From a virus (Duplodnaviria > Heunggongvirae > Uroviricota > Caudoviricetes), in IMG/VR virus record IMGVR_UViG_3300037789_000070, positions 138,576 through 202,575 of that record: DNA of 64,000 nucleotides; one strand, given 5' to 3'. The position numbers were made by a program, and so were the translations under genes. Of this stretch, positions 36,740 to 46,900 are shown piece after piece (position 1 is the stretch's first letter; every line of letters starts with the position of its first letter). Below the pieces are notes generated by a model that did not search any database, was not told where the DNA came from, and was given only the letters and a program-made list of their open reading frames with translations.

Positions 36740-38818
36740 ATGAAGAATAAGATTTGTGTTAAGAAACTCAACGCCGTGACGTTTGATGTAAACAAGAATC
36801 GGTCCAGCCGTGCGGAAGGCATGGCTATCGCCAGTGAAATGATTAAGCTGGGCTATGTCCCATCTGATCGTCTTCTGGATATGTTGCAGCGCATTCCTGC
36901 ACGTGATCTTATTCGCGTACATTCTGACATCATCTCCACTCTCTCAGCAGAGCGTGGTTTTCATGACAATTACAATCCCATGTATCCTAACTTCCCGCAG
37001 CAGGTTAAGGATGCAAGTTCTATGGAATTGTTTTTCAATGCAATTCGTCATTACCTCACTCGCGGTGCATGGGTGCCTACTTATGCCAAGGAACCCCGTC
37101 CTCGCCTTGAAGAGGTGACCGAGACGGTAGAAATCGATTATGCGGATCATGATGATTATATGTCCGTGTTTGATCTTCTGCTCGCTTCAAATGATTCGCT
37201 TTCCGAATTCGATAAGAGTGCTGTGTTCTGGTTCTTGGACACTGAGCCGAATATCATGGTTCCGGAAAATATCCCGTATAAGGAAACCGCTTGTATTCTT
37301 GCGGCACGTTCTTTGGAAATGAAGAAGAACGATGTTTCTCTATATGTGAAGACCACTACTGATGTTCTTCGTCTTGCTGTTCATCTCTCTGGCGGCGATG
37401 TTTCTCTTGCAGAAAACACCAAGTTTAAGATCGCAAAGCGTTTTCGTAAGCCTCTCATCTCAATTCTTGAAGAGGTGATTTCAGAAGAAGACGTAAAGCG
37501 CCACGAGAACCGTTGGAAGCGTTTGTTCCATACTCTTCATGTGGGTGAGTATAAGTGGGCGGCGAAGGTCAACGCCATCGCCAAGAAGGTCCGTAATGGA
37601 GAGAATCTTGTTTCTGTTCTAACAGATTATGATTTCTTCATGAAGCATGGTGATGTCAATAAGGCGTTTGATAGTCTAAAGGGTCGTCCGGGTGAACTTG
37701 CACGTCGCCTTGACCACATTATTCGATCAGTGCCAGAAGCTAAGAATCAGAAGAGCTTTGTAGAAGAGTTCGTCAACGATATTGCGGATAAGGTGTCAAC
37801 TCGTGTTCTCATGCAAATTCTTGGGAATGTGAAGGCTCGCCGTAATAACCGTCACAAGGAAACCATTGTGTTTCCAAAGGGGGCTATTGGCAAGGCAGTC
37901 AAGGTTAACCGTGAGGGCGAGGGGACCATTAGCGCCGGAGCAATGTCTGCACTAGAAAAGGGAATTGGTAAGGTTCTCTTTGATCGTTTTGCAGAAGAAG
38001 AGGGCCTTGGCAATGTGTTCATTGATGAAGGACTGAAGAAGATTCCTCTTCCTCAGCAGCAGCGTTCTGCGTCCGAATCGATGAAGACCATTTCACGCGG
38101 AAGTCGCGTTCCGTTTGATGGCAATAACACGATTCGTCTCTTCTGTTATTGGGTTGGTCAGGACATTGACCTTTCTGCGTCTTTCCATGATGATAATTTC
38201 AACATGGTATCGCAGGTTTCCTATACCAATCTGCGTAATGGAGCAGCGTATCATAGCGGTGATATCGTTAGTGCTCCGGATGGTGCTTCTGAATTCATTG
38301 ATATTGATGTTAAGAAGGCCGAGGCCGAAGGACATCGTTATATCGTATTGAACCTTTACGTGTATTCTGGTCCGAACTTTTCCGATCATAAGGTATGTTT
38401 TGCCGGTTGGATGGATCGGAAGAAGCCCAATAGTGGTGAAGTTTATGAACCTACTACGGTCGTTAATCGTGTAGACATTTCGTCCGCTTCTCGCAATTGC
38501 ATCCCTGTGATGTTTGATATAAAGACTCGGGAAGTTATTTGGGTAGACCTTCCGTTTTCGGCTAATAAGCTGCGTAATTCCTTTTACGGTGGAAATAACG
38601 TCCAAAATAACCGTGCAAAGGTTCAGGAAGTTGTTGGAATGTTTGCCAATCTTAATGAGCAAAAGACTTCTCTCTATGATCTCTTGGAAATTCACGCCAA
38701 GAGTCGTGGTAAGATTGTCAAGGACCGTGAAGACGCAGATTTCGTCTTTGGCGTGTCTGATGGCGATTTGACCGCATATGATGTAAACACCATTAATGCA
38801 GACTTTATTAAAGGATAA
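36740..38818 (+). CDS. large protein (692 aa) with C-terminal TerD (tellurite-resistance D / Ca-binding beta-sandwich) domain; N-terminal ~480 aa unassigned
   Basis: aa ~485-620: LFCYWVGQDIDLSASFHDDNFNMVSQVSYTNLRNGAAYHSGDIVSAPDGASEFIDIDVKKAEAEGHRYIVLNLYVYSGPNFSDHKVCFAGWMDR. Aligns motif by motif with TerD: GLGWD...DLDASAFLL...FIFYNNL..DGSV.H.GDN.TG.GDGDDE.L.I.L...KIIFVVTIHD...FGQV. Confidence 0.75.
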   Translation: MKNKICVKKLNAVTFDVNKNRSSRAEGMAIASEMIKLGYVPSDRLLDMLQRIPARDLIRVHSDIISTLSAERGFHDNYNPMYPNFPQQVKDASSMELFFNAIRHYLTRGAWVPTYAKEPRPRLEEVTETVEIDYADHDDYMSVFDLLLASNDSLSEFDKSAVFWFLDTEPNIMVPENIPYKETACILAARSLEMKKNDVSLYVKTTTDVLRLAVHLSGGDVSLAENTKFKIAKRFRKPLISILEEVISEEDVKRHENRWKRLFHTLHVGEYKWAAKVNAIAKKVRNGENLVSVLTDYDFFMKHGDVNKAFDSLKGRPGELARRLDHIIRSVPEAKNQKSFVEEFVNDIADKVSTRVLMQILGNVKARRNNRHKETIVFPKGAIGKAVKVNREGEGTISAGAMSALEKGIGKVLFDRFAEEEGLGNVFIDEGLKKIPLPQQQRSASESMKTISRGSRVPFDGNNTIRLFCYWVGQDIDLSASFHDDNFNMVSQVSYTNLRNGAAYHSGDIVSAPDGASEFIDIDVKKAEAEGHRYIVLNLYVYSGPNFSDHKVCFAGWMDRKKPNSGEVYEPTTVVNRVDISSASRNCIPVMFDIKTREVIWVDLPFSANKLRNSFYGGNNVQNNRAKVQEVVGMFANLNEQKTSLYDLLEIHAKSRGKIVKDREDADFVFGVSDGDLTAYDVNTINADFIKG

Positions 38819-39272
38819 TGAAGTGAGTAACGATAATTGTCCCCATGAAACAATTTCTTCTTTCATGGGGACGTATGACTTCCTCTCGAATTTTCATACC
38901 TCCCCCTGTGAGTTCGAGGGGAAGTCATTTCCTTCTGTAGAACACGCTTATCAAGCAGCAAAGACCACTGATAAAATGTGGAAAGCTGCCATTACGGATG
39001 CACCTACTCCCGGCGAATCTAAGAAACTTGGAAGAAGGTGTCCTGTTCGGGAAGACTGGGAAGAAATCAAACTTTCTGTAATGGAAGAATTGGTTAGAAG
39101 TAAATTTTCTAATCCAAAACTTTCTCAGAAACTTCTCGAAACTAATGATAAACTTCTTGTCGAAGGAAATACTTGGGGAGATACCTTCTGGGGCGTCTGT
39201 AATGGACGGGGAGAAAACCACTTAGGTAAGATTTTAATGAAGGTTCGTTCGGAATTAAAAGAAAAAAATTGA
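38796..39272 (+). CDS. NADAR-domain protein (YbiA/DUF1768; ADP-ribose/N-glycoside hydrolase fold)
   Basis: YDFLSNF...F.GKSFPSVEHAYQAAK ... W..IKLSVMEELVRSKFSNPKLSQKLLETNDKLLVEGNTWGDTFWGVCNGRGENHLGKILMKVR is the canonical NADAR motif set. Start may be the internal ATG at 38865. Confidence 0.8.
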   Translation: MQTLLKDNEVSNDNCPHETISSFMGTYDFLSNFHTSPCEFEGKSFPSVEHAYQAAKTTDKMWKAAITDAPTPGESKKLGRRCPVREDWEEIKLSVMEELVRSKFSNPKLSQKLLETNDKLLVEGNTWGDTFWGVCNGRGENHLGKILMKVRSELKEKN

Positions 39273-39296
39273 CATATTCTTACTTTCGTGTATTTT
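39269..39296 (+). promoter_or_regulatory. sigma70-like promoter candidate TTGACA-16-TATTTT
   Basis: TTGACA 39269-39274, TATTTT 39291-39296. About 25 nt upstream of the CCA-enzyme ATG. Confidence 0.4.
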
Positions 39297-39320
39297 ACAT
39301 GAATGAAAGTAAGGAAACCC

Positions 39321-40550
39321 ATGAACACCGCATTAAAAATTGATTTTCCAGAACTTCATTCAGAAGAATTGAAGTGTCTGTTCGATGCATTCACATCGAA
39401 TGGTCATAAAGTTTTCTTGGTGGGTGGCTCTGTCCGAAACGCTCTTCTTGGAAGGCCGGTTTCCGATCTTGATATCACGGTCGATTGTCCCCCCGATATC
39501 AGTACTATTGTTCTTGAGGCAGCAGGGTTTGAAGTAATTCCTGTTGGTTTTGATCACGGGACTGTTGTTGCCATTTTGAATGGACAAAGCTTTGAAGTCA
39601 CGACATTTCGTAAGGACGTAGAAACTGACGGACGTCATGCTAAAGTCATCTTTACTGATGATATTGTTGAAGATGCTAAGCGTCGAGACTTAACTATCAA
39701 TGCCCTCTATGCAGATATCGAAGGAAATGTTTTTGACCCTCTCGGCAATATCGGTGACATTGAGGGGCCAGTCGTTCGTTTTATTGGCGTTCCTAGTGAA
39801 CGCATCACCGAAGATTTTTTGCGAATTCTTCGTTTTTTCAGGTTCTCAAGCACCTACACATCTTCTGTTGATTCAGAAGGATTGGAAGCCTGTGTTCGAA
39901 ATAAGGTGGGACTAAAAAGTCTTTCAATAGAGCGTATCCGGGATGAAATTATCAAAATCATTCCAACTAATAACGCTCCTAATATTTTTCATATTATGAA
40001 ACATAATGGAATTCTGGATTTTATTTCAGGATTGAACTTTGATGTAGACCGCTTTGAACGTGCGGTCCAGCGACTTGGTGTCGAGGATGTCGATTTCCTT
40101 GTTTCGTTGATCCTGTTTCATGAAAAGAATAGTTTTGATTCTATTGAGAAATTCAAACTTCCGAATAAAATCAAGAATCGAATCAGTACTTTGGTACACC
40201 TGTCTCCAATAGAAGTTTCTACCTCTACAGGCATGAAGAAAATTCGTAGCTTGATTTTTCATTATGGGAAGGAAGAAATCTTAGATATTCTTAAGCTTAA
40301 GATTGCAGATTGTGATGAAGCAGAGGTGGATCTTTTTAAAGAGGTTTTGACAAATGCTTCGGCAGTTTCCCTTCCGAATAATCCATTAACTGGTAAGGAA
40401 CTTATTAAACGCGGGTTCAAGCCCGGAGTTCTTTTTAAAGACATCAAGAATATTTTCGATGAACTTTGGGAAGAAGCAGACTTCACAACAGACCCAGTGG
40501 AGTTGGATGAACTGATTTCGTCTGCGGTATCTAAGGTCCAGAATTCTTAA
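39321..40550 (+). CDS. tRNA nucleotidyltransferase (CCA-adding enzyme) / poly(A) polymerase-family head domain
   Basis: KVFLVGGSVRNALLGRPVSDLDITV is the GG(S/A)VRD-LLG....D.D head-domain signature, followed by RRDLTINALY. ATG at 39321 preceded by AAGGA. Track start 39303 is probably too early. Confidence 0.85.
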   Translation: MNTALKIDFPELHSEELKCLFDAFTSNGHKVFLVGGSVRNALLGRPVSDLDITVDCPPDISTIVLEAAGFEVIPVGFDHGTVVAILNGQSFEVTTFRKDVETDGRHAKVIFTDDIVEDAKRRDLTINALYADIEGNVFDPLGNIGDIEGPVVRFIGVPSERITEDFLRILRFFRFSSTYTSSVDSEGLEACVRNKVGLKSLSIERIRDEIIKIIPTNNAPNIFHIMKHNGILDFISGLNFDVDRFERAVQRLGVEDVDFLVSLILFHEKNSFDSIEKFKLPNKIKNRISTLVHLSPIEVSTSTGMKKIRSLIFHYGKEEILDILKLKIADCDEAEVDLFKEVLTNASAVSLPNNPLTGKELIKRGFKPGVLFKDIKNIFDELWEEADFTTDPVELDELISSAVSKVQNS

Positions 40551-40984
40551 GAAGCTTTGGCGGTACTTGACAACTTTTCGAGTACCGCCTTTTTTAATTT
40601 CGGATTAATCTTTGCATAGTCTAAAATGTTACCAAAAGATCTGACAAAAATCTGATTTTGAATGGCTTCAGCAAATTGATCTACTTGAGTTCTCGACATA
40701 CTACCGGCATAAGTTTGATGTTCGTCAGTCAAACTAACAGAGTAATAATTATCAAAGCTGCCATTGCCAATTCTGTAGGCAACCCACATATGTTCAGATA
40801 ATGAACCATCCCAAACATATAGATCGCCTTTATAATCGCCCGCTCTTAAATCTCCAAATTTAGTTTCCCCAAATAACTTTCTAACAAAATTCTTATGTGG
40901 GTTGACAAATACCCTAACCTCTCTATCACTTTTCCCGTCAGTAAGTAAAATACTCCTACCTTCGAATAAATCTACAATTTTCAT
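40547..40984 (-). CDS. hypothetical protein (145 aa) immediately downstream of the minus-strand fibre gene
   Basis: ORF. Start overlaps the fibre stop. Confidence 0.5.
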   Translation of the reverse strand: MKIVDLFEGRSILLTDGKSDREVRVFVNPHKNFVRKLFGETKFGDLRAGDYKGDLYVWDGSLSEHMWVAYRIGNGSFDNYYSVSLTDEHQTYAGSMSRTQVDQFAEAIQNQIFVRSFGNILDYAKINPKLKKAVLEKLSSTAKAS

Positions 40985-43900
40985 CTTTCGACTTCCATTT
41001 TATTCACGTCTTTTCTTTCGCCATAAACGACATAGAAAGCATTAATTCTTTTCTTCATGAGAGAAGATTTTCCAATCACCACTTTCTTGTTATCAAACGA
41101 TTTAACAAACAATTTCTGATACTCGCCAATTGGTTCAGTTGAAACTGTAATACTATCGGCATCTACAAGGCCCTCCCAGTACTCAGGAAGCTCGATAATT
41201 CCATCAGCAGGAATTCTACCTCTGACATAGACGCCGTTCTCAGGGCCTTCCAGAGAGCCGTGGCGAAGCTTTTTGCCGGGCTTGGTAGGATGATCAATTA
41301 AGAAACTCTTGTCGTAAGCATAAAGAGTGCCCGTGATGTATAAATCATCACCAGCAAATCTCGCTGCCTGAACACCTGCCAAGGTAATTGCGAGTTCATC
41401 GGCAGAAGGAGAATAAATTCCTGTGTTAGAGTCTCCACCAAAGGTCAGGCTAGGAGTACCAACGACTCCTTGATCCAGTACCAACTTTTTATATGGGTTA
41501 GAATCGGTTCCAAGATAAGAAGAATCGCTGCCATCTCTAGGCTGCATAAAACTCGACCTTAGAACGGCTGCATTTCCACTTGAACCAACATAAACGTTTG
41601 ATCCTGTGAAATTAGAAATGAATAGATCGGTTCCGGAAAGTGGGTCTAGATGTTTGGTTTGAATGCGACCATCACCAGAACCGTCATTGATAGTTAAAAC
41701 ACCAGAAGAAGTAATCTTACCAGCTTCAATACCACCAGCAACAAAACTCAAAGTATCTGCAGCCGAAGCACCGATACCCGTATTAGTGTCTGCGTTATTC
41801 GGAATGATTGAAGGAACGGTTCCAGAAGCAACTACATCTGCGAGAGACCAACTTCCACTAGTAGAATTAGTTATTCCACCATCAAGGGAAACTGTACCAT
41901 CAAACTGAATTTCTCCACTCTGTTCTACTCTAAACACTCTAAGATCGGCACCAGATTGGTTCTCACTCCAAAGCTCAAGTGAATTATCTACACCCGTTTC
42001 CGACCCAGTATACTTGAAGAAGAAGCCATCATTTCCGTTACTATGGCCAACTCGTAAGAAATTCCAATCGTTATCATCACCAGAAAAATGGAGACGAGTA
42101 TTAGCGGCATATGGAACAGTAATCTCTCCACCGTCTGGTTGTAACACCATAGAGGAAGAAGTGTTGTTGCCTTGGATGCGTGGAACCGTCAGTGTGTGAC
42201 TAGTATCTGATATAGTAATTGGTGTGTTAGCAGTTAATACAGAACTGGTAAGTCTGGCCACCTCTGATCCGCCAGCTATTAAACTTAAAGCGTCTGCGGC
42301 TGCGGTACCAATACCAGTATTTGCATCTGATTTGTCTGGGAGAACACTAGGAACTGTATTAGAGGCATTTACATAGGCAAGCTTAGGACCTCCTGATGCA
42401 AATGCTTCTAAACCGGTGGTGGTCAATTCAAACGAAGTACTTCCGTTCGCCAATGTCATCACAGAACCAGAATAGTCATATGATATTTGAGCGCCTATAG
42501 TGCCGTCATCAGAGAATGATAATCCACCAGTATCTGTTGAATAAATTACAATACCACTATAAGCATCAGAACTATCACCAACAACTACAGTATCTAAGGA
42601 ACCAGCTATATCTGCAGGTCTGTCTTCGCCACCAAGTTTAACACGTCCGGGAAGAACAATTTGACCGTCAGCATAAAAACTAGCAGCTTGAGAAAGTGTA
42701 GATTTATGAGTTGAAGGAAATGCAAAACTTACGACTGCTTGAGGAGTTAAATCGGACCTAACGCCAATACGAATATCTAATGCAGAAGTTGGAGAGGCAC
42801 TAGTGGTGTACGTTATTGAACAACGATACCAACCACCATTAACCTCTACTAGTTCAACATCATCTAAACTTCCATTTCCAAGACTAACGTCAGAAGCCAA
42901 CATAGTTGCAGGATCAAACACACCTTCAAAATCGTTATCAGCGTCTCCTAGATATGCCTGAACAACAAATTTCTGTCCAGAAGTTAGTTTTGCAAGAACT
43001 GAGGTTGTGTATTGAGTTGAACCGTCTAGAGTAATTCCAGTTTCATATTCTCTTTTATAACCAGTCCCACTTGTCAATTCTAGCGTAGCTGCAGATGACC
43101 CACCAATTGGATCAGTTACTGAACCTGTAAAACTTCCTGTACCATCAGTTAATTCACCACTGAACAGAGAACCTATTGCTGTTGCAGGAGAATTTATTAG
43201 TTCATCAGTTCTTTCAATTATTAATCTTTCGCCAGAAGGGTTTCCAGAAGATACCTGTTGAGAAATTTTAAATTTAGAACCTGTACCAGCGGTATATTGA
43301 TCTTCTGAGAAAGTTTCTCTTCTTGCATAATTATACCGGACCGTTCTTTCACCCTTACGACCATCTTGTAAAACATCTTCTACAAGAATCGAAGAACCAG
43401 TTTGATTATCAGTATACAACTCTAATGAGTTTAGATTGCCACCCTTGGAACCATTGTATTTTCTTGAGAAACCATAATTAGATGACCCATCATCAATACG
43501 CCAAACATTAGCATCAGTATTTGAGTTCTTAATATAGAGTCCATCCGTCACTGCGGTTCCAGAACCTAATACAATTCCTGTATTTGTGATTGAAGCAAAA
43601 GTTTCGGTGCTGTCTACAAGGTCTATGCCACTGGCTTTTGATAGAAGCCTAATATCAAAATCATCACTAGCGTCTCCTTTGAAATCAATATAAGAAGAAG
43701 GAGTTCCAGAAGAACCTTTTACCAGTTCTAGATTTCCATCGTCACCAAGTTGAGAAACTTTGCCACTATTTGATACCTTTATACTTCCTGAGTTAACTAG
43801 AAGATCGGTTCCATCATAGCCCCACCAAACTTCACTTAAATCTTCATTACCAAACGCATGACGCCATGTATCTACGCGTGTGCCAATAGAAGCTGAATAT

Positions 43901-46900
43901 GTTCCAGCATCAAATCTTATGGAGGCGAAGTTTGAAGAAGAATCTATTCGCAGAGAATAATCACCGAATGAAGACTGATTTCTTGAAATGTCAATTTTCC
44001 CGGTGGTGCTGTCATCGGCATCAGACCTTAAAAATTGGGAAGCTTCCAGACCATCAACGGTATCGGCATCTAAATTGTTTCCCGATCCTTCATTTGAAGT
44101 GGTTAAGATATTAGCATCAGAAATGAAATCAGCTACTGAACGTTTCTTAGGTACCGAATTATCATCATCATCAAAAAACACAAGATCATCAGCCGTAGAC
44201 GCAGACGCTTCCTGAAGATTGGCATTTGATAAAGAAATGGTTCTGTTTTGCGAAAGATCGCCGCCACCAGATAAACCAAAACCAGTGGAAAGCGTTCTTG
44301 TTATCTGAACGAAATCGGTACTATCAAGTCCATCAAGTGTATCTGCGTTAGTTACATCTTCAGAACCCGGAGCGAAGAGTAATTTCATATTACCTTCAAT
44401 ACCAAACTTCCATCCGTTTGATGCTTCATCCCAAATCAACAGAGCATCTGGTTCGTCGCCACGCTCAATGCGGAAACCGGAATCTAGTGTTGGCGTTCCT
44501 GTCTGGTTTTTAGATAATGTAATAACAGGGTCTTCAACAGAAAGTTCAGTAGTATTGATGGTGGTGGTTTCGCCATTAACCGTTAAGTTTCCAGAAACAG
44601 TTACATTTCCAGTAAAAGTCTCATCTACATTGTTTCTAGCAATACCAAGATCATCTATAACATCTGAAATGATAACTGCTCTTGCAATATCACTAGAAGA
44701 GACATCTTGGAAGATGAGTTTATCGGAAAGAGTTATCGTACTACTTCCAAGAGAAGAGAAATCTAATTCAATTGTTCTATTGGTCGAAAGATCTCCGCCA
44801 CCGGTTAAACCAATTCCAGTTGAAATTGATCTACTGGTCTGTACAAGTCCAGCAAGATGAACGCCATCAACTGTGTCAGCGTCTAGTCCACTTCCAGAAC
44901 CATCGTTAGAAGCAGTCCATATTCCTAAATCAGATATGAAGTTGCTTACGGTCCTTCTTGAAGCTACAGTTTCAGAAAGATCATATGTCACAATACTGTC
45001 GGTCAGTGCGACACTTTCTGAAGAGGAAAGAGAATTTAAATCAAGTTCAATTGTTCTGTCAGAAGTTAAATCACCACCACCAGACAGTCCGGTTCCAGTT
45101 GAAATTGATCTACTAGTCTGTACAAGTCCAGCAAGATGAACGCCATCAACTGTGTCGGCGTCTAGTCCGTTACCAGAACCCGTGTCGGATGTCGTTATAA
45201 CACCAAGATCATTGAAAAAGTTACTAACACTTCTTCTTATAGTCTGGTCAGATGAATCGTCATAGAAAGCAAGACTGTCATCGGTTTCGATTTCCGTAGT
45301 TGAAGTAAGCGATTCGATATCAAGTTCAATTGTTCTGTCAGAAGTTAAATCACCACCACCAGACAGTCCGGTTCCAGTTGAAATTGATCTACTGTTTTGA
45401 ACGATTGCGCTTCCTTGGATGCCATCAACCGTATCGGCATCCAATCCACTTCCAGAACCATCGTTAGAAGCAGTCCATATATTATTGTCTGATATAAACT
45501 GAGGAATACTTCTCTGTTTTACGGTTGCAGAGTTGGTAAAGAAGAGAAGGGAACCGGTATTAGCAGATGTTGTTGCATCAATTCCGATGGTAGAAAGTCT
45601 TAAACTTCTATTTGTTGAAAGGTCACCACCACCAAAAAGACCGGAACCACTATCGGTTGAAATTGATCTACTGGTCTGTACAAGTCCAGCAAGATGAACG
45701 CCATCAACTGTGTCGGCGTCAATACCAGAACCACTACCAACATTGCCTGCATGAAACACATCATACCAAGCGTCATCGTCGCCTATCTGCCACTCAGTTC
45801 CATTATATCTAATCTGTGTTCCCGCCACTTCTCCAATTCTAAAATCAGAGGTATAAGCCGTCAATTCATATTGTTTTGTTCCATTACCAATTATAATGTT
45901 TTGACTTGAACCATCGGTTACATTGGTAAACGTAGCATTCATCTGATCATCAATATCAGATCGTATGAATTGCGAAGATAAAATGCCATTTAATTGAGTT
46001 GCATTAACGGCACTGTTAGACGTCAGTAGTTCATATTCAGAACCAGATAAACCAGCTTTCCACTTATCGGAAACCTCGTCCCACAAAATTCTTGCGTTGG
46101 TTTGGAGTCCCCTCTCAACTTCAATGCCAGCATTTTCAGTAGGATTGGAAGTAACATCCCCATTCAAAGTTATGATATTATCTGAAATATTTAATTCGGT
46201 GGTACTGATGGTGGTGGTAGTTCCACGAACTGTTAGGTTCCCATCAACAATTAAATCTCCCGTGAAATTTTGTGATGCCTCGCTTAGAATAGCAACATCA
46301 AGTGCATCAATGAGGTTTGATAGTGTTGTTTTTCTTAATGATGTGCCATCAAAGAAAGTGATTTCATTAGTTCCGGATGGGTTTTGAGAAGTAACACCAT
46401 TTGTAGATAAAGACAGACTTCTATCAGCAGACAGGTTACCACCACCAGATAAACCAGAACCACTAACAGTAGATACTAATCTAGATGTTCTTGTATAAAA
46501 TGAGCCTTGAACCCCATCTAATGTGTCAGCGTCCAGACCGCTACTAGATCCATCATTACCTGCGTGCCAAACCTTATTCCCATTAATTCTAAGTTCAGCA
46601 GTGTTGGGGTTGGAACCATCCGCTTTAAATTCAAACTCTGTTCCACCAGAACCGTTCGCAGTTAAAGACACACCACCGGATGAATTACCAAATAAATCCC
46701 AAACCCCAGTATCAGTAGAAGTAAAAGAAATACCTGCGTTAAGGGCGGCAGTGAATGTTCCAGAGAAATTTTTATCTCCAGTGGTCAACAACATTTGGGT
46801 AGAATGAACGCCATCAACTGTATCAGCGTCCAGTCCGTTACCACTTCCTTCATCAGCCGTAGTTAGAATGCCGATGGAATTAATGAAAGACGATACGGTT

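Noticed and set aside
44740-45730. Regularly spaced near-identical repeats (possible CRISPR array?).
   Set aside because: The period is ~280 bp, not 28-40 bp repeat plus spacer. The repeats are in frame within a long ORF and the spacers are themselves homologous coding sequence.
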